NCBI GenBank assembly: GCA_032470195.1
Contig: JAVHYX010000002.1
Location: 263,625-327,624 of the forward strand
Direction of reading: 5' to 3'
From: Burkholderia sp.
GTDB taxonomy: Bacteria; Pseudomonadota; Gammaproteobacteria; Burkholderiales; Burkholderiaceae
Length of the DNA: 64,000 bases
Part shown: positions 1 to 10,905 of the stretch, in pieces
Layout: each line of letters opens with the position of its first letter
Numbering within the stretch: the stretch's first letter is position 1
The notes under the pieces: model-generated
Told to the model about the DNA's origin: nothing
Database searches by the model: none
What the model saw: only the letters and a program-made list of their open reading frames with translations
Position numbers and translations under genes: made by a program

Positions 1-1
1 A

Positions 2-3000
2 TTTAAACCATTCATCTTCAATAAGCTTGAAGATATGGGAATAGCTACGACTATTAAGGCAGCAAAAAAAGAGGTTGAGAATCAAACGCCAATCGTATGG
101 GATATCCTTGAAGATGTAATCCGACAGCATCCAGTAATGCTAAACCGTGCACCTACACTTCATCGACTCGGTATACAAGCATTCGAACCAGTTTTAATTG
201 AGGGAAAAGCAATTCAATTACATCCACTCGTCTGCGCAGCATTCAATGCTGATTTCGATGGTGACCAGATGGCTGTCCATGTTCCATTATCGATCGAAGC
301 CCAGATAGAAGCGCGAACACTTATGCTTTCATCAAATAATATACTATTCCCAGCGAGCGGTGATCCATCGATTGTTCCATCGCAGGACATTGTGCTCGGA
401 TTATACTATGCAACTCGTGAGGCAATCAACGGAAAAGGTGAAGGTTTATCATTTAGTGATGTTACAGAAGTTCTTCGTGCATACGAAAATAAAGAAGTAG
501 AATTAACGTCTCGAATTAATGTTCGTATCACTGAAATGACTTGTAATAAATCTACATCCGATGATGGTACGTCACAGTTCGTACCAAAGATCTTGCTACA
601 CACGACTACAGTCGGGCGAGCTATTTTATCAGAAATCCTACCGCCTGGCCTGCCATTCTCAGTATTAAACAAGCCACTAAAAAAGAAGGAAATATCTCGT
701 CTGATCAATGCGGTATTCCGTAAATGCGGATTGCGTGAAACCGTCATGTTTGCGGATAAGTTAATGAAATATGGTTTTCGTCTTGCTACACGTGCTGGCA
801 TCTCGATTTGTATCGATGATATGCTTGTACCTCCTCAGAAGGAGACTATCGTAGGTAACGCTGCGAAAAAGGTAAAGGAATATGATAATCAGTATATGTC
901 TGGACTTGTTACGGCGCAGGAACGTTATAACAATGTAGTAGACATCTGGTCAGCAACGTCAGAATCTGTCGGAAAAGCAATGATGGAACAGCTATCGACA
1001 GATACAGTAATTGACCGTAAAGGTAATATAACACATCAGGAATCGTTTAATTCTATCTACATGATGGCTGATTCTGGTGCTAGGGGTTCATCAGTACAGA
1101 TTCGTCAGCTCGCTGGAATGCGCGGTTTGATGGCAAAACCTGATGGTTCAATCATTGAGACACCGATTACTGCAAACTTCCGTGAAGGTTTGAATGTACT
1201 ACAGTATTTTATATCAACACACGGCGCACGTAAGGGTCTAGCAGATACAGCACTAAAAACAGCGAACTCTGGTTATCTGACACGTCGTTTAGTTGATGTC
1301 ACGCAAGATCTTGTAGTAGTTGAGGACGATTGCGGTACATCAAACGGTGTCTTGATGAAAGCGCTTATCGAAGGTGGGGAAGTTGTTGAAGCGCTGTGCG
1401 ACAGAGTTCTTGGCCGAGTTGTTGCTACAGATATCTTAAATCCTGAAACACAAGAAACACTATATGAATCTGGTACGTTACTTGACGAAGAAGCTGTTGA
1501 AGATATCGAACGTCTCGGAATAGATGAAGTACGTGTACGCACAGCACTTACCTGTGAAACGCGTTATGGTCTCTGTGCAGCTTGCTATGGAAGAGACCTA
1601 GGTCATGGCACACTGGTTAATGTTGGTGAGGCAGTTGGTGTGATAGCTGCACAATCAATTGGCGAACCAGGTACACAGCTTACCATGCGTACGTTCCACA
1701 TTGGTGGTGCAGCATCTCGGGCAGCGGTCGTTTCCTCGGTTGAGGTAAAGAGCAATGGTACTGTACATTTTACAAGTACGATGCGCTACGTTATTAATAT
1801 GAAGGGAGAGCAGATCGTTATTTCCCGTTCTGGTGAAGTACTAATTACTGATGATATTGGTCGCGAACGCGAGCGTCATAAGATCCCATACGGCGCAACT
1901 TTACTTCAAATCGATGGAGACATGATAAAAGCGGGAGAAAAACTTGCCACATGGGATCCGATGACACGTCCGATTATAGCTGAATATAGCGGTACAGTGA
2001 AATTTGAAAATATAGAAGAAGGTGTAACAGTTGCAAGGCAGATTGATGATTTAACTGGTCTATCTACTCTTGTAGTAATTGACGTGAAGAAGCGCGGTTC
2101 ACAAGCATCGAAAAGCGTACGTCCGCAAATAAAACTACTTGACTCAAATAGTAATGAAGTAAAGATCCCAGGCACTGAACATTCAGTACAGATTGGATTC
2201 CAGATCGGTGCATTAATTACCGTAAAAAATGATCAACAGATTCAGGTCGGTGATGTGCTTGCACGTATTCCAATCGAATCTCAGAAGACACGCGACATTA
2301 CAGGCGGTCTGCCACGTGTAGCAGAGCTATTTGAGGCACGCTCGCCAAAGGATGCTGGAATTCTTGGAGAAGTTACCGGTACTGTATCATTTGGGAAAGA
2401 TACAAAGGGCAAGCAGCGTCTTGTGATTACAGATCTAGATGGTGCGCAGCATGAATTCCTTATATCAAAAGAAAAACAGGTTCTTGTTCATGATGGGCAA
2501 GTCGTAAATAAAGGTGAAATGATTGTTGACGGTCCGGCAGATCCACACGATATTCTGCGTTTGCAAAGCATAGAAGCATTGTCTCGCTATATTGTAGATG
2601 AAGTACAGGACGTATACCGTCTGCAGGGCGTGAAAATTAATGATAAACATATTGAAGTAATTGTTCGCCAAATGCTACGTCGTGTACAAATCATTGATAG
2701 CGGTGATTCACGATTTATACCAGGCGAACAGGTCGAGCGTTCTGATCTATTAGATGAAAATGATAGAATAATTAACGATGGTAAACAGCCGGCTACATAC
2801 GAGAATATACTTCTTGGTATTACAAAAGCATCGCTATCGACAGATTCATTTATCTCAGCAGCATCGTTTCAGGAAACGACACGTGTACTAACAGAAGCGG
2901 CGATCATGGGCAAACGAGATGACCTTCGTGGTTTAAAGGAGAATGTAATTGTTGGTCGTCTAATTCCTGCAGGCACAGGCCTTGCCCTTCACAAAGCGTG

Positions 3001-3067
3001 CAAAATAATAGATATATCTGATCATGAATGTTTTGAGCAGAAAGCTTCTTCAGGCTTCTCCAAATAA
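2..3067 (+). CDS. rpoC: RNA polymerase beta-prime subunit (5' partial, begins upstream of window)
   Basis: Frame is open from base 2 ([13 protein letters not shown]...). Contains [12 protein letters not shown], the Zn motif [13 protein letters not shown] and the C-terminal [14 protein letters not shown]. Confidence 0.99.
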   Translation, partial: FKPFIFNKLEDMGIATTIKAAKKEVENQTPIVWDILEDVIRQHPVMLNRAPTLHRLGIQAFEPVLIEGKAIQLHPLVCAAFNADFDGDQMAVHVPLSIEAQIEARTLMLSSNNILFPASGDPSIVPSQDIVLGLYYATREAINGKGEGLSFSDVTEVLRAYENKEVELTSRINVRITEMTCNKSTSDDGTSQFVPKILLHTTTVGRAILSEILPPGLPFSVLNKPLKKKEISRLINAVFRKCGLRETVMFADKLMKYGFRLATRAGISICIDDMLVPPQKETIVGNAAKKVKEYDNQYMSGLVTAQERYNNVVDIWSATSESVGKAMMEQLSTDTVIDRKGNITHQESFNSIYMMADSGARGSSVQIRQLAGMRGLMAKPDGSIIETPITANFREGLNVLQYFISTHGARKGLADTALKTANSGYLTRRLVDVTQDLVVVEDDCGTSNGVLMKALIEGGEVVEALCDRVLGRVVATDILNPETQETLYESGTLLDEEAVEDIERLGIDEVRVRTALTCETRYGLCAACYGRDLGHGTLVNVGEAVGVIAAQSIGEPGTQLTMRTFHIGGAASRAAVVSSVEVKSNGTVHFTSTMRYVINMKGEQIVISRSGEVLITDDIGRERERHKIPYGATLLQIDGDMIKAGEKLATWDPMTRPIIAEYSGTVKFENIEEGVTVARQIDDLTGLSTLVVIDVKKRGSQASKSVRPQIKLLDSNSNEVKIPGTEHSVQIGFQIGALITVKNDQQIQVGDVLARIPIESQKTRDITGGLPRVAELFEARSPKDAGILGEVTGTVSFGKDTKGKQRLVITDLDGAQHEFLISKEKQVLVHDGQVVNKGEMIVDGPADPHDILRLQSIEALSRYIVDEVQDVYRLQGVKINDKHIEVIVRQMLRRVQIIDSGDSRFIPGEQVERSDLLDENDRIINDGKQPATYENILLGITKASLSTDSFISAASFQETTRVLTEAAIMGKRDDLRGLKENVIVGRLIPAGTGLALHKACKIIDISDHECFEQKASSGFSK

Positions 3068-3089
3068 GAAGTTCAATTTCGTCATACCA

Positions 3090-3130
3090 TGATCGTCATC
3101 CTATTCATATCCTGAATAGGATGACGATCA
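3090..3130. terminator. Perfect 18-bp hairpin downstream of rpoC (possible terminator or processing stem)
   Basis: tgatcgtcatcctattca-tatcc-tgaataggatgacgatca, between convergent rpoC and tRNA-His. No U-tract on either strand. Confidence 0.45.
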
Positions 3131-3238
3131 GCATATTGACCTTATTAAGTAGGGATAGTCTCTACATTATATAAGATTCAAAATTTGGATATGCTCCTAC
3201 TCATATAGATAAATTTTTCTCTCAATAAATAAAAAATT

Positions 3239-3315
3239 TGGGGTGGCTGATGGGGCTCGAACCCACGACAACAGGAATCACAATCCTGGACTCTACCAAC
3301 TGAGCTACAGCCACC
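3239..3315 (-). tRNA. tRNA-His (GTG)
   Basis: Reverse complement reads GGTGGCTGTAGCTCAGTTGGTAGAG...GATTGTGATT...GGTTCGAG...GCCACCCCA, with the G-1 base and an encoded CCA. Confidence 0.98.
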
Positions 3316-4104
3316 ACTAATCTCTTATATTACTAAATATCCTTGAATAAGTGAAATTATATAACTTTTAGTCTTTATAGTTTTTTTAAAAATAAGATTT
3401 TATCGATCTAGATCGATTATTTATTATGTAATAAGTAACCTAAGACGATAAGATCTGTAAGTACTTAAAAGTACTACCATGTAAAATAGGTAAATTATAC
3501 TAAGAAATAACCCTTCTGATAAGCTTTAAAAAAAATAATAGAAATATAATTTATACTATTAACTAGATGGGTTAGAAGAAAGATAAACGATAGATAATTC
3601 ACTTCTGTAATTTATAATGAATACGATTTCCTTTGCATAAGTTAAGGCAAGCATTCATCTTTATCTAAGATCCTTTATATTTATAAAACGAAAAATTATC
3701 TTGTTACCTACTTCTATCATTAATTAGATTTTATTGTTTTTTGGATCTAGATAGGAAAAAATTTTTTCTCAATAAGGTAGATAAATTTATTTCTAAATGA
3801 TTTAGAAAGCTTAAATTCTTTTTTTAAGACTATTCAGTTTTAAGTTGAAATTTACAGAAATATTATTTCTCTTATTATGTTAATCTGGTTTTTTCTAAAA
3901 TTTTTACTGAAACCTATATACACAATGAATTTCAGTACAAAAATAGCTTTTTATCTGATTTATAATAAGACTATAACAGGAAATAATGTACCAGTTAGAA
4001 ATTAAAGTATGTGGTTTCTCTGTTTTCTCTATATAGAATTTTAGCTTAAGTAGATACTGATTAATTCCTTACTTTAAAAGATCACCATCCCTAGATGATC
4101 TATC

Positions 4105-4968
4105 ATGTTTTCTCATTTGCAATTATATCTTCGACTTATACGGCTTAATAAGCCAACAGGAATTCTACTACTCCTTTGGCCGACGCTAAATGCTTTGTGG
4201 ATTGCATCAAGAGGTTGGCCAGGTTGGTTTCTTCTTGTGATATTCTCACTTGGTACACTACTAATGCGATCGGCAGGGTGTGCAATTAATGACTATGCAG
4301 ATCGTAATTTCGATAGGCATGTAAAGCGAACTATAGACCGTCCATTGACATCTGGACAGATCCGTCCATATGAAGCTATTGCTATCGCAGTAGTGCTATC
4401 AACTTTTGCATTTCTACTAATTTTGCCGCTTAATGCCTTGACGAAGGAATTGTCTGTAATTGCAGTAGTTCTAGGAGGTACATATCCACTCATGAAGCGT
4501 TTTTTTGCGATTCCACAAGCGTATCTCGGAATCACGTTCGGCTTCGGTATTCTGATGGCATTTAGTGCTGTGCAAAATACGGTTCCACTTCTTGCCTGGT
4601 TTATGCTTATTGCAAATATCTTCTGGTCAGTTGCTTATGACACTGAATATGCGATTGTTGATCTTGATGATGATATCAAAATTGGTATTCAAACATCTGC
4701 ACTGACGTTTGGACAATTTGATATTATAGCTATCATTTTCTGCTATGTATTTATGCTCGCAATATATTTGTGGATTGGAGTAGTACTTTCATTTAATTAT
4801 CCATTCTGGATAGGTTGGTCAGCAGCTTTAATCAGCGTAATGTATCATTACTATCTCATCAGAGAGCGTGAACCTATATTATGCTTCACGGCCTTCTGTC
4901 ATAATGTTTATCTTGGTGGTGTTCTATTTTCTGGTATAGCTATGCAATATGCATTAAATAATGTCTAA
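4105..4968 (+). CDS. ubiA: 4-hydroxybenzoate octaprenyltransferase
   Basis: Motifs [29 protein letters not shown] and YDTEYAIVD; hydrophobic profile. Confidence 0.97.
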   Translation: MFSHLQLYLRLIRLNKPTGILLLLWPTLNALWIASRGWPGWFLLVIFSLGTLLMRSAGCAINDYADRNFDRHVKRTIDRPLTSGQIRPYEAIAIAVVLSTFAFLLILPLNALTKELSVIAVVLGGTYPLMKRFFAIPQAYLGITFGFGILMAFSAVQNTVPLLAWFMLIANIFWSVAYDTEYAIVDLDDDIKIGIQTSALTFGQFDIIAIIFCYVFMLAIYLWIGVVLSFNYPFWIGWSAALISVMYHYYLIREREPILCFTAFCHNVYLGGVLFSGIAMQYALNNV

Positions 4969-5091
4969 AATATAAGATTAATTATAGAGTCTTTTATTTT
5001 TTTAAGAAAAAACTCTATGAATACTTTTATTATTCTAATAAATTCATAGAATATACCATATTTAAATATCCAAGACGATCAGAAAAATGGA

Positions 5092-5901
5092 CTAACCAGA
5101 TTCATATCTTATATCACTCGACCGAGTATTAGCAGCGATGATCCCCTTTACAATCGCCTCACTTACTCCTTGTATAGAAAATTTATCTAGCGCAGCTGCT
5201 GTTGTACCTCCACTAGATGTTACATTCTTACGTAACATGCTTAGCGGCTCAGTTGATTGTAATGCGAGCTGTGCACCACCAACGAATGTTTCGACAACAA
5301 GTGTATGACACTGTTCGTCCGACAGGCCGAGCTGACGAGCAGCTTTCTGCAATGTTTCAATAAAATAAAATACATACGCAGGTCCACTTCCTGAGATTGC
5401 AGTTACTGCATTAAGCTTTGATTCATCATCGAACCAGATCGTCTTACCAACAGAACTAAACACATCCGATGCGAGTCTGTGTCCAGATTCATCAACAACA
5501 AAAAACGCTACAAGGCCTGTCACGCCTAGTCCAATGAGCACAGGCAAATTCGGTATTGCTCGAACAATTCGCGTATAGCCATCTAGCCAGTAGATAATAT
5601 CGGCGCAGGGGATACCTGCTGCAATACTAATTACGAGCTGGGATGTGAGGTATATAGAAAGAGTTTGAGCAACGTCCTTTATGTCCTGCGGCTTGACTGC
5701 AAGTATGATTGCATCATAGTCAGCTAGTGTTCTATCAATTAAAGCGCTAGTACGTACATCAAATTTATTTTCGATACGTTTCCGTGCTACTTCACTAACA
5801 TCTATTATATATAGATTGCTCGAGCAGAGGCCACTCTTAATTAAGCCACTAATCAGTGCGGTTCCCATATTACCACCACCACCAATAAATGCAATCTTCA
5901 T
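5092..5901 (-). CDS. proC: Pyrroline-5-carboxylate reductase
   Basis: Motifs IAFIGGGGNMG, LAVKPQ, SIAAG, SGSGPAYVF and VTSSGGTT. Confidence 0.97.
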   Translation of the reverse strand: MKIAFIGGGGNMGTALISGLIKSGLCSSNLYIIDVSEVARKRIENKFDVRTSALIDRTLADYDAIILAVKPQDIKDVAQTLSIYLTSQLVISIAAGIPCADIIYWLDGYTRIVRAIPNLPVLIGLGVTGLVAFFVVDESGHRLASDVFSSVGKTIWFDDESKLNAVTAISGSGPAYVFYFIETLQKAARQLGLSDEQCHTLVVETFVGGAQLALQSTEPLSMLRKNVTSSGGTTAAALDKFSIQGVSEAIVKGIIAANTRSSDIRYESG

Positions 5902-5949
5902 AAGATTTTAGAGAAAGAATTAGAATTTTAATAAAAAATAATTGATTAT

Positions 5950-6110
5950 ATAGAAATATTTTTTCTTCAAAACTAATGAGTGTTTTGAGATACTGTTGAT
6001 CTAAAATAGATAGATGACGTGCATATCGATAGTGTATCAGGCATCAATTCTATTTGATATAGAAAAGAAAATATTCTTTGGAGAATAATATTTATATAAA
6101 CAGCGTAAAT
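5950..6110 (-). pseudogene. yggS: Faint C-terminal remnant of a YggS/PLP-binding protein
   Basis: Minus strand reads ILQRIFSFLYQIELMPDTLSICTS; the YggS consensus is DTLSMGMS (motif at 6015-6038). Lies directly upstream of proC, the usual yggS position. Boundaries are approximate. Confidence 0.45.
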
Positions 6111-6425
6111 TATATAGTTAGTTAATCAAATAGTAGTCGGCTTTAGTACGTTAGACTATAATAAAAATTATCGAAGCAAGCTTTTCATGCTTTCGCTTAG
6201 ATATAGTATATTTATAACTCTATATTTATAGAGTTCTTTTTGTTTGTAAGATAAAATAAAAAAAGATTAACTTAAATCAACTATCTATAAGTGTACTGTT
6301 ATACAGTAAAATTAGATTTTCTTTAGTAGAATTATTTTCTCTTCTTTTTGCTTTTTAATTATTTTACTGCCTACTCATTTAGTCGCATCATCACATAGAT
6401 ATTCAATATTATCTTTCAGGATTCT

Positions 6426-7664
6426 ATGTCTTTAGTTCCACATCAGCTCGCAACACTTGTTCATCGGTATGGTACACCGCTCTGGGTATACGATGCTGAG
6501 ATAATCCGCGATCGTATTTCCCAATTACGGCAATTCGATATAGTTCGATATGCGCAGAAGGCATGTTCGAATGTACATATTCTAAAACTAATTCGAAAAG
6601 AAGGTGCACTTATCGACGCGGTATCGCTTGGTGAAATTGAGCGTAGTTTAGTTGCTGGATTTAGGGCGGATGGCGATCCAGAAGGCATTGTATTTACTGC
6701 AGATATTATTGATATGCCCTCTCTTAAAAGAGTTCTCGAATGTGGAATAACAGTTAATGCAGGTTCGATAGACATGCTTGAACGTGTTGGTCGTCATGCA
6801 TATGAACATAGAGTATGGCTAAGAATCAATCCTGGATTTGGTCATGGGCATAGTAGAAAAACTAATACTGGCGGTCCACAGAGCAAGCATGGTATTTGGA
6901 TTAGTGATTTGCCACAAGCTCTCGAGCTCATCCGTCGATATTGTCTAAAACTTGTCGGAATTCATATACATATAGGATCTGGTGTTAATTATAAGCATCT
7001 ATCTCTAGTTTGCAATTCAATGGTCGATCTTATCGTATCACTTGGATATAAGATCGACGCGATCTCTGCAGGTGGCGGACTATCAGTTCCATATTATGAT
7101 AATGAACCTCGAGTAGATATTACACACTATTTTAATTTATGGGATGCTGCTCGAAAGCGGATCGAGCAGCATCTCAGACGTGCGGTGCGGATCGAAATTG
7201 AGCCGGGTCGTTTTTTAGTTGCAGAGTCAGGCGTGCTCATCACGCAGGTGCAAGGGATAAATCATAGGCCGACTCACGATTTTATTCTTGTAGATGCAGG
7301 TTTTAATGATCTAATGCGTCCAGTGATGTACGGTAGTTATCATGGTGTGAATGTTTACTCACCAGAAGGTTTAGAGATAGTTGAACGTCCACTTGAAAAT
7401 CTCGCGATAGGAGGTCCGTTATGTGAATCTGGAGATGTATTTACACAGAATTCTAGCGGAGCTGTTACGTATCGGATTTTACCACGTCCAAAAATAGGTG
7501 ATTTACTATGTTTTTCAAACACAGGTGCCTATGGTGCTTCGATGTCGTCTAATTACAATAGTAGACCACTTGCACCAGAGGTTCTAATTGATCGCGGTAC
7601 ATTGAAATTGATCCGACGCCGTCAGACAATTAATGAACTTCTCGAGCTTGAACTAGATTTATAG
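6426..7664 (+). CDS. lysA: Diaminopimelate decarboxylase (enterobacterial-type)
   Basis: Motifs YAQKACSN (PLP lysine), GFGHGHSRKTNTGG, HIGSG, EPGRF, GPLCESGD and GAYGASMSSNYNSRP. Confidence 0.98.
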   Translation: MSLVPHQLATLVHRYGTPLWVYDAEIIRDRISQLRQFDIVRYAQKACSNVHILKLIRKEGALIDAVSLGEIERSLVAGFRADGDPEGIVFTADIIDMPSLKRVLECGITVNAGSIDMLERVGRHAYEHRVWLRINPGFGHGHSRKTNTGGPQSKHGIWISDLPQALELIRRYCLKLVGIHIHIGSGVNYKHLSLVCNSMVDLIVSLGYKIDAISAGGGLSVPYYDNEPRVDITHYFNLWDAARKRIEQHLRRAVRIEIEPGRFLVAESGVLITQVQGINHRPTHDFILVDAGFNDLMRPVMYGSYHGVNVYSPEGLEIVERPLENLAIGGPLCESGDVFTQNSSGAVTYRILPRPKIGDLLCFSNTGAYGASMSSNYNSRPLAPEVLIDRGTLKLIRRRQTINELLELELDL

Positions 7665-7742
7665 TAAGTTTAAATCAGCTAATCTAGACAACCCACACTG
7701 GACGTGCAATTTACATTTCTTAACTTGCCCAATACTTATTTA

Positions 7743-8561
7743 TTACTTGTTTTTTGACCATTTTACTTTATTATACAAATTCAGTATTCGAATAATCTGC
7801 GCATAAATTTTTGGATTTGCAGCAACTATTTCATGATAGTCCAGTAAATCCGCCTCACCAGTGTAGTTGCCAGTAAGACCGCCAGCCTCAGTAATAAGAA
7901 GGCAGCCAGCTGAGATATCCCGGATGTTTGTCTGTTGTTTAAAGAAACCATCAAGACGCCCAGCTGCAACATTAGCGAGATCAAGCGCAGTAGCACCGTT
8001 GCAGCGCAGTCCAGTATATGTCTGTTGTATTATTTCGATAAATAAATTCGTATAGGCTTTATAGTTATCTCTATTATCTTTACTAAGAAGCGGTAAACAT
8101 GTACCGATTACTGATCCTGATAGGAGGCTACACTGGCTAACTCGGATTCGTCTGTCGTTTAAATAGGCACCTCGCCCTCGTGTTGCTGTAAACAAATCGT
8201 TCTTATTTGGATCATAAATAACAGCCTGTGTAATTATGCCTTTATATACAAGCGCAATCGATACGCAGTAGTATGGGAAGCCGTGGATAAAATTAGTTAT
8301 GCCATTGATCGGATCGACTATCCATTGGAATTCTGATTTTCTATCTAACTGATATGATTTTTCTGAGGAAATTTTATGGTTTGGGTAGGCAGTTTTTAGT
8401 ATATCTGTGATTGTCTCTTCAGCCGATTTATCAATTTTAATTATGAAATCATTGTATTTTTTTCGTATTTCAATTAAATCGAAATTAAGAGGTATCCGGT
8501 TGATAATATGTCCGGCGCGCCGTGCGGCCTTAACGGCAGTTTTAATCATAGGATGATACAT
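7743..8561 (-). CDS. suhB: SuhB inositol monophosphatase family / Nus factor with altered catalytic motif
   Basis: Motifs [30 protein letters not shown] and [16 protein letters not shown]. Lies divergent from cysE as in Burkholderia. Confidence 0.95.
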   Translation of the reverse strand: MYHPMIKTAVKAARRAGHIINRIPLNFDLIEIRKKYNDFIIKIDKSAEETITDILKTAYPNHKISSEKSYQLDRKSEFQWIVDPINGITNFIHGFPYYCVSIALVYKGIITQAVIYDPNKNDLFTATRGRGAYLNDRRIRVSQCSLLSGSVIGTCLPLLSKDNRDNYKAYTNLFIEIIQQTYTGLRCNGATALDLANVAAGRLDGFFKQQTNIRDISAGCLLITEAGGLTGNYTGEADLLDYHEIVAANPKIYAQIIRILNLYNKVKWSKNK

Positions 8562-8929
8562 AATCTAAGACAAGCTCGCTATATGAATAAAAACTATCAG
8601 AGTTATGAGGTATATTTAACATTCGATAAACGAATGACACAAATTAAAAGTCATACAACATATAATTTGAAAGGACAAAAGTTAAATATACTCAGATATA
8701 AAAAATTTCTGCACTAAATTTTTTTAAGAACGTATATGATGAATTCTACTGTGATATCTTTTCTATATCTGTATGGGTGTCTAGTAACAGTTAGCGAAGA
8801 TATAAACATGAAGCACCTCTGTCCCTATAGATTACTCTGTCTCTCTATAAGAGGTTAAATCTAATGTGCCTTACGTATTAATTGAACCAATATTTCTCCA
8901 TTAGATTGCTTCTTTTCTATCTATAAATT

Positions 8930-9658
8930 ATGTTCACAAGATTACTCGAAGACGTTTATACGATTTGTAATCGTGATCCAGCTGCTAGAAGTGCATTAGA
9001 AGTATTGATCTTCTATCCCGGTTTTCATGCACTTATCCTACATCGCGTCGCTCACAAATTTTGGTATGCCAAGCTATATTGGATAGCACGATTTATTGCA
9101 CATTTCTCGCGTTTTCTAACCGGAATTGAGATTCATCCTGGAGCGAATATTGGTCGGCGTGTATTTATTGATCATGGTATAGGTGTTGTAATTGGTGAAA
9201 CCGCAATTATCGGTGATGATTGTACAATTTATCAGGGAGTTACACTTGGTGGTACATCGCTGAAGCGCGGAGTAAAACGCCACCCAACGCTTGAATCTGG
9301 TGTGATTGTTGGCGCTGGTGCAAAAATACTTGGCGACCTCACTATTGGAACAGGCGCAAAGATCGGTGCGAATAGCGTTGTCATAAAATCAATACGCGCA
9401 GGAAATACAGTTGCCGGTAATCCAGCGAATATTATACTGTCAAATATAACACTGGATCAAAAGCAATCACTGCCGAAATCAGAGAGCACTACATATAGTA
9501 AAATATCGAATGATTCTGATAGAGTGATGTCACTTCCAATTAACGATATTATCAAGCATCATGAAAAAGAAATAGATCGATTAGATAAAATAGTTGAGAC
9601 GATAGGACATATCGATACGAATATCGAAATATTGCTCAATGATTTTAAAAAAACTTAG
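8930..9658 (+). CDS. cysE: Serine O-acetyltransferase
   Basis: Motifs [20 protein letters not shown] and VTLGGT..KRHPT; hexapeptide repeats. Confidence 0.97.
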   Translation: MFTRLLEDVYTICNRDPAARSALEVLIFYPGFHALILHRVAHKFWYAKLYWIARFIAHFSRFLTGIEIHPGANIGRRVFIDHGIGVVIGETAIIGDDCTIYQGVTLGGTSLKRGVKRHPTLESGVIVGAGAKILGDLTIGTGAKIGANSVVIKSIRAGNTVAGNPANIILSNITLDQKQSLPKSESTTYSKISNDSDRVMSLPINDIIKHHEKEIDRLDKIVETIGHIDTNIEILLNDFKKT

Positions 9659-9749
9659 CCTGTAATTTTCCAAGTCTATATTTACCTCTGAAAAAGATGA
9701 TAAATAAAATTCAGACTATCTATATCAATTCACTTATATTTTTTTGTAA

Positions 9750-10270
9750 AAAATATATTCATTTTTAAATCAAAATTAATATATCCGCCACATTCTATAC
9801 CAAAGTCTAGATTCTAGTCTGGTAAAACAAATCCATGCGCATGCCATTCAGTTCAGGATAGTACTCAGATCGATGAACGTGTCTGTTGGTCATTATACTT
9901 GCCTTACTTCTATTAAAAAGTTTAGCAACTTCTGAACAAGTTACATCGTATTTTATCAAGTGATGTATCACGTCTTGCACAAGAGATACGTATAAAGTCT
10001 CCGAGTAGGAAATATCTATCTCCTGATATGATATAGAGCGGTATTTCTCACTTTGCTAGAGTACTTAGTAATACCGCTATGCGAGCGACTAGTGGATCAA
10101 TATCTAATATATTGTCGCCAACCCCATCTTCAAAAAGATCGCCTAGAATAAATACCGGATCTAGTATTATATGCAGTATGTCGAATAAAATTCTCGAATT
10201 CTGATGCTGTTTTCGGTATGGCGATACTCAGATGTAGATCAGATAAAATAATAAAGAATATCTTGTCTTG
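9750..10270 (-). pseudogene. lpxH: UDP-2,3-diacylglucosamine hydrolase pseudogene (frameshifts, stops, internal deletion)
   Basis: Minus-strand fragments in the correct order: ILSDLHLSIAIPKT (SDLHLS at 10226-10243), VFILGDLFE, IPLYIISGDRYFLLG, KYDVT..VAKLF and FVLPD*NLD..GGY. Canonical position after cysE. Confidence 0.9.
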
Positions 10271-10905
10271 CTAGTTTTTTACTTATACATCGCATGTGAT
10301 CGTGAAGTTAATTCTCAGTGGTTAATTTTTATATAGCAGTATTGAATATATACTTATATAAGCCTTAAGCTACTGTACTAAATAGTGGTAATTATCAATT
10401 ATAATTAGTCTAATCTAACATGTAGAATAATAAGAAATATAAATTTTATAAAGGGGTTCTAAGGACAATAAAACTCTATTAGATAGAATAAAGTTAAGAA
10501 CAATATTTTATTGATGTTCATTTTACAGATCTTGCCTGAAATATAAGAAGCATCGGAGAAGATAAAATATTTCTAGAAACGTATTACACAGGCTATATTT
10601 AGACTTTTCCTATAACGATGCTTACACTGTAATCGTACTGAAGTGCTAGATTACTCGAATTGGCTTGTAAATATAAATAAACATAACGGGAGATAGCACA
10701 TAAAACGGTGCTTACAATCCAATTAGAACTGCAGAACGAAGCAGATTCATAGAATTGGTCATAAAAGCTTTAAATCGCATGTTATATACTTCAATTATTT
10801 AAAGTAACAATATGTATATACGTTTTTGAAAGTTATAAAGATAAATATTCTATCTCATATGTACAGTCTTCAATGTTGAATATAATCAGTTGATAGTTCA
10901 TCTTT

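Noticed and set aside
8562-8929. trmJ remnant between suhB and cysE, and the 69-aa ORF 8508-8717
   Set aside because: The position fits trmJ, but only weak fragments (SEDI, DYSVSL, PYVL) are visible. The small ORF overlaps the suhB start and is low-complexity.
10560-10800. Possible ppiA or TPR-protein remnant on the minus strand
   Set aside because: No recognisable motif in the frames read.
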